Assembly (NCBI GenBank): GCA_016748015.1
Contig: JAAOMT010000276.1
Span: 620,001-684,000, forward strand
From: Geosiphon pyriformis uo1
Lineage: Eukaryota > Fungi > Glomeromycota
Direction: 5' to 3'
Length of the DNA: 64,000 bases
Positions 53,875 through 64,000 of this stretch are shown piece after piece; the stretch's first letter is position 1, and the number at the start of each line of letters is the position of its first letter. A program made the translations under genes and the position numbers. The notes beneath the pieces are model-generated. The model did no database searches, was not told the DNA's origin, and saw only the letters and a list, made by a program, of their open reading frames with translations.

Positions 53875-56800
53875 AAAACTTCTTTCTCTCTTACCTCCAA
53901 ATAATCCTTAAAAAGCATGTTTCAAAAGAAGTTTTTTTTTTCTGTTATTTCATACTGTTTTCTATCTCTTTACAAGAAACAAATCCTTTTGTTGTTGACC
54001 TGGCTGCTCTCATAAGTGGTACTGGTGCTAAAAGAAGGTCGATCAGAGTTCCAACTTCTGGTTCAGGTAGTAATAGTTCAAGTCTTATGGTCAAGAAACC
54101 TTCTGGTGGTGCTAAGATATCAAGTAAAGGTGCGGCTCTCAAAAGTGGTGGATCTAGTCAAGTGGTCGGGCAGTTCAATAGCATGGATACTGATGGGGAG
54201 GCTTCCAAAGGTGATGGAGTATTTGATTCCAAGATAAATACACCCCAGGCTAAGTGTTTCAATAATAATACAATCATTGGATCCCCTCTCGGCTCTATTA
54301 ATTTTGAAATGGAAGAAAAAGAAGAGGTTTTTCTTCTGCAGCACATTTTTATTTTAACCAAACTTTTCTTAAGATGATCCCAACCGACTGAGTCATATGC
54401 TTTTTGCATGTCTTGCAAAACCAGCCAGAGCTCCCAGTTTTTTTCAAGAGCATCCTCAATCACCAAACCAATTGCAAAAATGGGAGACTGAGTTGTAATG
54501 CCTTTGAGAACTGAAAAATTGTCCTCACAAAGAATGTCAAACTTGCTATATGCCAAAGAGATCCTATCAGATAGAATCTTGGAAAGAATTTTTCAAGCCG
54601 TTTCAATCAGAGCAATAGAATGAATGTTTGTAAGCATGCCCTTCCATTCATAAGATTTGGGAATCATTGACACCCAAGCTTCTTTCCAAGCACTGGACAC
54701 AAACTTTTCACAAAGACAATAATTAAAAAGCACCAAGAGCATATCAAGTACAGATTTGTCACAATGCTTCCAAAGTTCATTGGAGATGCCTGAGAGACCA
54801 GCAGCTTTCCCGTCAGGTAGATCAGAGACCACGCCAGACATCTCATCAAAACTAACACAGCTTATTACATCTAAAAAAGCACCATCAAACACGTAATTCA
54901 AAGGCCAATATTGGTGAGACCAATATTCTGCAATATCAAGAACCACTTTATGCTTATGAGTCCATCCTTCCATAATTTCATCCACTTTTTTTTTAACATG
55001 ATCAGGTTCCAAATACAGCTCATTACCAATGACCAAATGATTCAAAACCACCTTGCAAAAAGGCCTCTCCAAGACACTTTTAATAGTATGGCCCTTGTCA
55101 GATTCAAAGCTCTCCATCCTCTTATCAATAACAGACCTGATTTGTGAATCTTCAGCATGTCTTGATTCTGACAACTTTGAGGCACGATAAAACTTCCTGG
55201 CTTTGGACAGAGCTGAACAAATGTTGTCAAAAGGAGACTTTGAGAGAAAAAGAGACCTCACTACAGCAGCACCAGTAGAATCAAGCAATTCCCAAGTATC
55301 AAGCAGTGATACAAACACATCACAATCAACAAAGTGGGAAGCCCTAACCAACTTGGACACCAAAAGTTCTAACTTATGGAACCTGGACGAATGCTTAGTG
55401 AAAATGCCGTCATAATCTTTAAACCATTTTTTCCTGAAAACTTCACTCGCTGAAAAGCTCACTGTTTTTCGAACAGCATCCTACATCACATCCAAATCCA
55501 ACAGTTCCCTGGCAGCCAAAAAATCATCAGAAAGCATGGCAGCATTTACTGCTGTGGCCTCCCTGAATCTCAACCACAAGGCAACACTTGCATTCTTAAA
55601 ATTGTACTTCCAACAATCCCTATTGGTCTGCTTGCGAACAGAACACAAATGTGTATCCAAGAGACCACCCAAACCAATTAACGCAGAAATGGCTTGATGG
55701 TCAGTATCAAAGAAGTTGGATACATCCAGAACATCACGATCCACAATAGCATTGACCAAATTGGGAGACACAAAAAGATAATCAATTGTTTTTGTCACAT
55801 CCCGGGAATTACTCCATGTTAGAACTTTCACAAATGGACTACCGACAAGAGAGTTGACCAGACCCAAGCTACCACACTTTCTGAAACTGGTACTTCTATG
55901 CAAACCATCTTCATTGAAGTTACCACCTAAAACCACAAAGGATGATTCATTCACAGCACTAGCAATTAAAGCATTCATGTCATCAGTCTGAGAGAAGCAC
56001 ACAGAAGCTGACGCGCCAGTATACAGACCCAAAATAGAAACCAAGAGTTTATTCCTAAAAAGCAACTTGACAGAAATAAGACGACCAAGAATCTTAGAAA
56101 CTTTGCACACGTGTTTGGCCAGAGAATTGTTTATAACAATTGCCACACCAGAACCAAGATGACCAGAATTCAAACCAGAAATGAAGACCCGAACACCATC
56201 AAATTTGCTAGCAATCCAAGGCCGAACCTTATTTTTTAACTTTGTTTCAGTAACAATTGAAACTAAATTGTTCATATCTCTGTGCCAACGTATAATGTCC
56301 TCTTGCTTTGCTGAATTGTTCATTCTCTTGACATTATACGTGGCTATTTTCCACATTAACTCATTCATTGGAGTGCAAAAGAGACCGCAAAACTCGAGCC
56401 AGCACACATCTGATCTAACTTCTCCAATACCGAACAGACCAAAGCTTCGAGAGCCACCAACTTCAACTCCAAGCAGTCCACTTTCAAAGTCAGAATTTTT
56501 GAACTACTCGAACCCAAACTTGAGGCACCAGAGGAAACCGAAGAAGGAGGAATAACCACAGAATCAGGTTCATCCAAAACCATATCCAAACCAAATTTCA
56601 TATTAACTGAACCAGAGGCAACCAAGGGCTGAGAAAAAGAGGCAAGATCCAAGGGCACCAAGCTTAAACTGTCAAGTTTGTTAATAATACCAGACACCTT
56701 ATCTGTGAGAAGTTCCAAAGAGCACTCCAAAGAAGCGAGACGAGTTTCCAAAATCGAACCAACAGGACCCGCGAGAGATGAGTGATCAACCAAACCTGTG

Positions 56801-59800
56801 GCACCAGGAGAAGAGCCAAAACCAAGACCAGAACCAAAGTGAGGACTATTAAACGAGAATGCTAGAAAGATGACCTGGGCTCATAATTTGCCGCCAAATG
56901 CAGCCGGTCTGGAAATAGGCACACACTTTTTCGCATATAGCTTGGCCAACTGGAGGCAGTTCACATTAGAGACAACCTTTTTAAATGACTTGGAAAGTTT
57001 AGGAGAATGTGAAATCTCAGCATCACACTCTAGAACAGAATGACCAAGTTTTCCACACTGTTTACACTGAACCAGATCCAATCTAGCCCAAGAAAGTTTC
57101 ACCCCACCAAAAACAGGCTTAGTATGAAATGCAAACTCCAAATCCTCATCATTTTCAAAACAAACCACAGCACAACGAACCCTATTACCAGTGTCTAAAG
57201 ATCAATTTATGACACAAGTTTTCTCACCAGCCCCTGCCAAAAAATCGCCAAGATCATGAGCTGTTGTTCCCACCGGCAAAGTAAACAAAAGCACCCTATA
57301 CCAATTTTTAGATGCCTACATTTCACGATCCTTTACAGCTTTGGCCACACGCACAGAATCTTTCCCAATAAAGAATGACCATTTTGATGCTAACAGATTA
57401 GTCTGACTAGATTCGGCAAACTCCACCACAGCCTTCTGTCACAGCCCAATTAACTGAACTTTGATAGACACAATCTGACCATATTCGGATACTGTGGCGA
57501 TGATCATTTCTTTTGGCGTGTTCATGGGAATTTTTTTTATCACCACAGCCCGATCTGAACACACTCCTTGTCTCTTGAGATTGGTGTTTACGATAATCCC
57601 ATTTTCTCCAGCCAATGAAGCAGCTATTTTCATACTTTCTTCTGATGTAAACATAGATCTGATGATCTCTTCAAATTTTGAGAGGGTAGTGGTCCCTCCA
57701 AAACCATTGATTCTTGAAAATAATTTTCTTATAACATGAGTCTTGGCCGTTGCCAATTTCCCTTCCACAGCCGAAAGATTGATATCCAAAGTGAAAGATT
57801 TTTTTATGGCCACATCCACCTGAGTTTTAATGATTTTGGGATCAATCCACACCTTATCCAAAGAAAAAAACTTATGGGGGAGGTTTATTAGGTTTTTTGG
57901 GAATATTCATGGTGGTTGCACCAACCGGATTATGACTGATTTTGGTTTGACAAATGGTTACCATGTACACAATAACTTGGACCAAAGGGAGGTGTTTTCG
58001 TCTCTTCTTTGGCATATATTTTATGATCCTCTCTTGTGTGAAGTTAAGAGGCAGAAGAGTGTGTGTGGTTACAGGTTAAATTCTCATTTTGTTGCTAAGA
58101 TGGGCCATGTAGAGTCTCAGGCTGGTTTGTCGTCTTTCTTTGCTGCTGGTGCTTTTGTGGACGATACAATCTGGGTGGGTAGCAGTCAGACTGCCACTCA
58201 ACACATTTTTGATGTGACTAGTGAGTTTTTTCGCATCAATGATATTTCAATTAATAATGATAAGACAGTGGCCATTCCAATTAATAGCCATGTTAGTGCA
58301 CCTTCTCTTTTTATTAGTGGGTCCCCTATTTTAATAGCTAAATCAGGCAAATCACATCGTTATCTGGGTATCTTTGTGTCATCTGAAGGACTGTCAAAGC
58401 CCAGCCTGGCAAAAGCCCATTCAGATGTTCGTTTTTTTATCAACTTGGTTCTAAGAAAGACTGTATTGGACAAACAATTTTTATATTTAGTGTCAGCTGT
58501 CCTCCACCCTATCATTGGTTATAGGACTCAGTTTAGTTTTGTTCCTATCAGTGTGTGTAATAAGTGGGATGCTTTGATTTGTAGGGGCTTGAAATCCAAG
58601 TCTGGATTATCTCTTGATTTTCCTAGTGACACGATTCATCACCCTTTATTCTATGGATTGAAATCTTTCATCCAAATTCAATCGGAGAGTAAAGTCACTT
58701 CCCTTATTTGTTTTGCAAACTCAGTGGGAATCTTGGGTTGCCTATTCTCCCACAGGTCTCATGACTTACAAGTTTTGAGCTGGTGTCCTGTTCATTTTTT
58801 GAGTGTTCTTGTTCATGTTTGAGTTAGCCCTTTGAATAATTTCTTAGTGGGTGTTGTTTGTGTTCTCCTCGATTGCAATTTATCTTTGAGTGGTTCTTTT
58901 GTTAATCCATTTCGGCTTTGTGGTGGAGTACTCATGTTTATCATTCTCGGTGAGTCTAGATTTGTCAAGTTCCTTCCTTTACTCCAGTGATATGGCATCA
59001 CCTTTGTTGAACAACTCCGTGATCATCATGGTGCCGTGTTTAACTGGTACAAATTCAAGCAGTGGAAGAGGCTGGACCCCCGTGGCCCAACTCCTGAGTG
59101 GTTCATGCTTTCTGTCGAGTTCCTGTCTAATACGTTTTCTTCTCGTGCCCCTTTTCCTGCTTTGGTTAATATGAGTTTTCAGAGTATTCTCATCTCTTCT
59201 GACTTTGTGTTGGTTCGTGATTGGCTTTTCCAAGTTCTTTTTAGTAGCATTTCTGTTTACACAAATGGGTCTTTGACAAACCTTGGTACCAAGAATTGCA
59301 TGGCTGGGGCTGGTGTTTTTTTCAGTGACATTGATCTGGGTTTGGGTGTTAAGGTTTCAGATCTGCTGTCTTCTACTTTGGTGGAAATACAAGCTATTGT
59401 GCTGACATTGGAGTGTGTCCCCCATTCTAGTTTTGTTTGTCTGTTCTCTGATAGTCAAGCTGCTCTAGATGCCTACAAGTCGGAATTGGGTCTGGTGCAT
59501 CCAGATTTTCGCAACTGTTGTTGGGTCGAACACCAACATATTGTGAACATTATTCGTGGCAAAAATTTGATGGTTGAATGGCACAAAGTGAAAGGTCACT
59601 CTGGTGTGATTGGAAATGAACGTGCTGATGCTATAGCTGGGGCTTCTTCTCACTTGGGCTGGTTCCTTCCTTCTCAATTGCATGTGTGCTTCTTGTTGGC
59701 AGATGGTGGGACTGTTTCTGGCAATTTTAGGCATTTTGTTTGTGATATTTTTTGTTCTGTTAGTCGTGCACACTGGGAGATTGGTTCTGGTTCCAAATTT

Positions 59801-60672
59801 CTGCCTGCCAGTTTGGTCATGGACATTGATTGGTCCTGCTCCTCACTGGTATGGCACCCTGATTCACACATGGCCGCTGGCCACACTAGCAAGTGCACAG
59901 CAGATGTGCACAGTTTCTTCATAAAGGCATTGCACCACCAGCTGCCTGTTGCTATTCGTAAACGCTTGTACAATAGAAGATACCCCAGCATATTGTGCTT
60001 ATATTGTGGTGAGGTAGAGACATCAGATCATGTTTTCTTTTGCAAAGTTGATGAATCTGCACATCTTCAGATACTGGTTACATGTTCAAATTCTTGGATG
60101 GTGCTTTCTGGCCTGTCTCTCTCTTCTTCCTGCGTGCTGCAATTGTTGTCTTCTTGTGCTTCTGATGTCTCTGTATTTACGGCTCTCTTTAAAGGGTTTG
60201 TTTTTAGTGAGTGGCTTTGTGAAGCTGTCTCTGTTTTCAAGTCTCACAAGATTGCTAGCTTGAATATTGTTGAGTTTGTGCATTCCCTTAGTTTTGCTTT
60301 TAGAAATGATATTTGGTTGGTTTGGGTTAAGCATCATACATTTATGGAGAAAAATGATCTCATCCCACTTAACAGTTCAGTTTCTATCTCGGTTCCTGGC
60401 TCGGCTTCTAGGTTTTTGGCTGGTGTCATTAGGCTACTTGGTGTGGCTGAAGCTCTTGGTATTCGTTTTGGCTTTCATAAACAATGTTTTTTCTTTTCTG
60501 GTGTTGGTGATTCTGTCTCAGTACATATAGCTGCATAGTGTTGTCCTGATTGGTCTGAGTGGCTGGTCACATGTAGAAAAAGCATGATTCATGCTTAGTT
60601 TATGTCATTTCTTTGATATATAGTTCTAGGTAGTGTTTGGACCTCACTTATAAAACATATTAAAAAAAAAAA
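53875..60672 (+). mobile_element. full-length LINE copy L3 with an internal inversion (54338-57880 reads on the minus strand)
   Basis: 5' end and ORF1 start on +; rest of ORF1, APE and RT N-half on -; RT C-half (AFVDDTIW), RNase H (KVKGHSGVIGNERAD), CLYC..H...C finger, 3'UTR and poly(A) on +; probable TSD AAAAATATA. Confidence 0.95.
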
Positions 60673-62340
60673 TATATATAATATAATTTAATATTGTGTT
60701 TTTTGCTTAAAAGATAATATTGTACAAAAAATTTATAAAAAAATTATTAATAAAATACATAAAAAATTTTATCATATTTAGCCACTTATCTTAGCATTTA
60801 TTTTTTAATTCAACTGTTACAAATTAATTAAAATTGGTTAAATTGTATCAAATTTTATAATATAGATTTTTGTTTAATTTTTTTTGTAATACATTGTATA
60901 TTACTGAATATTCTTATTTATCTGGTTTGTATTATAATAATACTGTTTTTAATATTATATTAGAAGCATTTGTAATAATTATAAATTGCTTGTTATAATT
61001 TAAATAGATTAATACTAATGTTTATATTAACTTTTATTTAAGTATTTCAAAAGCTTGTTTTTAAATATTGGTCTATTTATATTGTATATTTTTGGCTTGA
61101 AATTGGTAAAATGGCTGTATAATTATTAAAAAAATTTTGATAAATTGTTAATAATATTTAATTGATTTCAAAAAACTTTTAAGTTTTATTAAGTTCTGAG
61201 ATTTTAAAGTTTTTAATTATCTTAATTTTGTTTAAATTAATTTTAATGCTTTTTTTTTCAATTATATGTCCTAAAAATTTGAGCTTTGTTTTTTTAAAAA
61301 AGCATTTGTTAGTATTTAATTTCAATTTAATATGTCTTAGTCTTTTGAATACTTATTGCAAATAATAAAAATATTTATTAAATATTTTTAAAAATATATT
61401 AATATTATCTAAATAGACAATTACTAATTTTTATAATATGTTAAAGTAAACAATTTTTATTAACTATTAGAATATAATAAGTGTATTTGTTAAATTAAAT
61501 GACATTATTTTAAATTTAAAGTTTTTTTTAATTATAAATGCTGTTTTTTTTTGTTGTTTGAATTCATAATTATTGTTAATATCTACTTTTTAAGTCTAAT
61601 ATAGAAAATTATTTATTTTTATTAAATAAATAAAACAATTCTTAAATTAATAATATTAAATAGCTATTGCTATAAGTAATATTATTAAGTTTGCAATAAT
61701 TTACATAAAACTGAATTTTGTTATTTTTTTAAATTAATATATTAATAATAATTATGAACTTATAGACAACTAGATTAATTTATTATTTAATATTTAATTA
61801 ATTTTTTTTTAATAATATTATGACTGATTAATAATATTTTATATGTTTTTTACTTAATTAACATAGTATTTTTAGTTTTAATCTTATATTAGATTATGTT
61901 AACTTATTATTACTTGCAAAATATTAGCATATTGTTTGAATAATACTTAAAGCTATATTTTTTGCAATTAATTTAAGTTTTTCAAGTTTATTTATTCTAA
62001 TTGTTCTGGTTAAAACAAATAATATTTAATTTTTTAGATCCAAATTTGTAATATAAAATTTACATATTTATATAATTAATTAAAATTTAGAATATTGGTT
62101 GGTTAATTTTTAATTTTTAATTTTAAAATTCAATGATAATATTAACTAGAATTTTTATGTAATTTTTTATGTTATTAAAAATTAAGATCTTAATATTTTT
62201 GTGTTTTTGGTTAATATATATAAGTTAATAATAATAATAATAATTTTATTTTAATATCTTTTTGGTTTTGTCTCAAAAATCTGTAATTGGTTCTTAATTT
62301 TTCTAAGTATTTTTAATAAATATTTGTAATATAATAAAAT

Positions 62341-64000
62341 AAAAACATCTTTTCTCTTGTCGATCCTCTGACCATGGTAAAAACAAAAAATTTTTTGGAA
62401 AATTTGTTTTTCTTTTTTTTCCTTTGTTTCCCTAAGTTATTTTATTCAACACACTTCTTTTTGTTATAATAGAACAAGTAAGCTTGTCTGCTGGTGGTTC
62501 TGATTTGGTTTTGGCTGAGTTGAAGATTCAGTCTGGTAATAAGAAAAAAGTGCATGTTAAAAGTGTCTACTCTTATAATCTCTTATTTAAAAAGATAAAA
62601 AAGTCTAAAACTTCTGGTGTCATAGTGAATTTGTTGGCTGAACTTTTGTTTGTCAATATATTACAAGCTACTGGTGTTGAGCATATTAAATCTTAAGACA
62701 GTGAAATAAACAGTAAAGAAAACAGTGTTAATAAAGTGTTAAACATAGAGAACATAAAGAACACAGTCACTGAAAAAATAAGCTATGTTAACTCTAACAT
62801 TTCTAAGACAGACAACATAATACACAATACTACTTCAAGAAAGATATATATGAGGACTTATGTATTGGGACAGCTGCCAAATGTGCCTTTTTTTGATATC
62901 TTAAATGATAATAGTGCTGAATTGGTGCTTTTGGCACCTAAGTTTTTTGGATTTTATAAGCTACCATTGACTGAATTGTGAAATAAAAAAGTTAGAGATT
63001 TTAATTCTGCTAAATTATTCACACTAGATATTAAGCTATTGGCAATACTTGGAAAGACTAATAGTAATAAATTAATTGCAATCAAAAAAGTTTTCTATCA
63101 AATTGATGGTTTTGGTGAGGCCTTCATTCCTTCAAAATTTCCAAAAATCATTAAATTATCTTTTACATCTGAGTTTAGTTTGAATAAGACAAAGGAATTG
63201 GCAATTTGTGAAAAAATTCTTGTTAATGATAATCTAAGAAAGATAAACAACCATTTGAATCAGGAAATAATTGTTAAGAAAATTCCAGTTAATCTTTTCA
63301 AATTGGCTATAGAATCAGTTTTTTTTAAGTTTAGTAAAGTTGTGTCAATCAAGATACAATTGATTGGTTTATGGCAAAAGACTTTGGTAGAATATGAATC
63401 ATCTAAGATAGCTGATTTAATTGCAGCTAGATAGTCTGTTTTCATGGGAAAAAATTCTGTTCATGTGGCAAAGACAATTGGTAATAAACAAACATGAGTG
63501 TTTAGAAACCAGCATTAGGCTTTGTTGTATATGCTTTTAGTTGGCACCATTGCTCATAATTTATCTGATTTGTTGGTTTCTTATGGTGAAAAAACTTGTA
63601 TTATTGGCCATAATCCAAATTTATATGTGCATAATAGGTGTGCTATAATGTGTTTTGAAAATAAGACAACCAAATTGGCTGCTATTGGCTCTATTCCAGT
63701 ATTTAAGAATGTAAATTTGTGCTGGGCTGGTCTCTCTTTGGCCTGTTGTGCTTGATGTAAACAATTTGGTTATATATTGGTTGGTTGTATAGTGGGTGAG
63801 AATCCTGGTGGTCATAATAAGCAGGTGGTAACTTCTCAAAATTGTGTTTGTTTGGCCAACATTTATAAGAAAAAACAGATGTCTATTGCTCATCTGGTTT
63901 TTTTTGGTGACAAGACTTGGGTCCAGATTACTGGTAGTTTTTCCTCTTGTGTGATCTTGTTGAATTCTTTTAGTACTGGTTTGTCTTCAGATGTGAAACT
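62341..64000 (+). mobile_element. LINE copy L4, 5' end and degenerate ORF1, runs off the window
   Basis: Family-type 5' end; ORF1 motifs IDGFGEAFIPSKF, VVSIKIQLIGLWQK, CA*CKQFG. Confidence 0.9.

Larger units (their letters stand above)
46090..60896 (-). mobile_element. ghost Tc1/mariner DNA transposon (about 1.3 kb native) carrying LINE copies L2 and L3
   Basis: Inverted repeats at 46086-46120 and 60866-60900 differ only by 5 transitions, with flanking TA. Transposase relic at about 53.0-53.6 kb: F*QNNNSKH (FQQDNDPKH) and WLFNNLNLNFIKNL* (WPSNSPDLNPIENLW); C-terminus continues at 46268-46210. Confidence 0.85.
36800..62300 (-). mobile_element. ghost gypsy element 'C' (A-like), fragmented by later insertions
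   Basis: RT KLVIVYLDNINIF...KCFFKKTKLKFLGHII (about 61.25-61.43 kb); RNase H split at 60899/46087; integrase CNICQK...IDL...MNYFIK*PKTR (45.56-45.76 kb) continuing at 38352-37.9 kb; ORF3 end and PPT at about 37211-37245; outer limits approximate. Confidence 0.82.

Noticed and set aside
57830-57880. N-termini of ORF 57830-58822 and C-termini of ORFs 54087-54377 and 54158-54556 as novel fusion proteins
   Set aside because: Chance read-through across the inversion junctions

Overview
Eukaryotic, AT-rich, repeat-dominated window. The TE families and GH16 gene look fungal; Glomeromycota/Mucoromycota-like is my impression, not proven. There is one intact host gene: a two-exon secreted GH16 Crh-type glycosidase/transglycosylase (26806-28189) in a CpG-retaining, microsatellite-rich island with a 298-N gap. 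Almost everything else is nested transposon sequence in graded decay by C>T/G>A transitions. (i) Two degenerate Ty3/gypsy elements, A (+, 1-9609) and B (-, 11908-19571), are both inserted in one old LINE. Both have the integrase as a separate ATG-initiated ORF, Cys-rich inserts between protease and RT, and a 3' extra ORF; A also carries a dUTPase. (ii) Five or more copies of an RNase H-bearing LINE family share a 5'-terminal stem; most also show an AUGA ORF1/ORF2 overlap and a 3'UTR hairpin. One copy has a precisely balanced 3543-bp internal inversion. (iii) Extremely AT-rich 'deserts' can be read back as ghost elements: a gypsy element spanning about 36.8-62.3 kb that hosts a Tc1 transposon, which hosts two full-length LINEs. 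All alignments and counts were done by eye.
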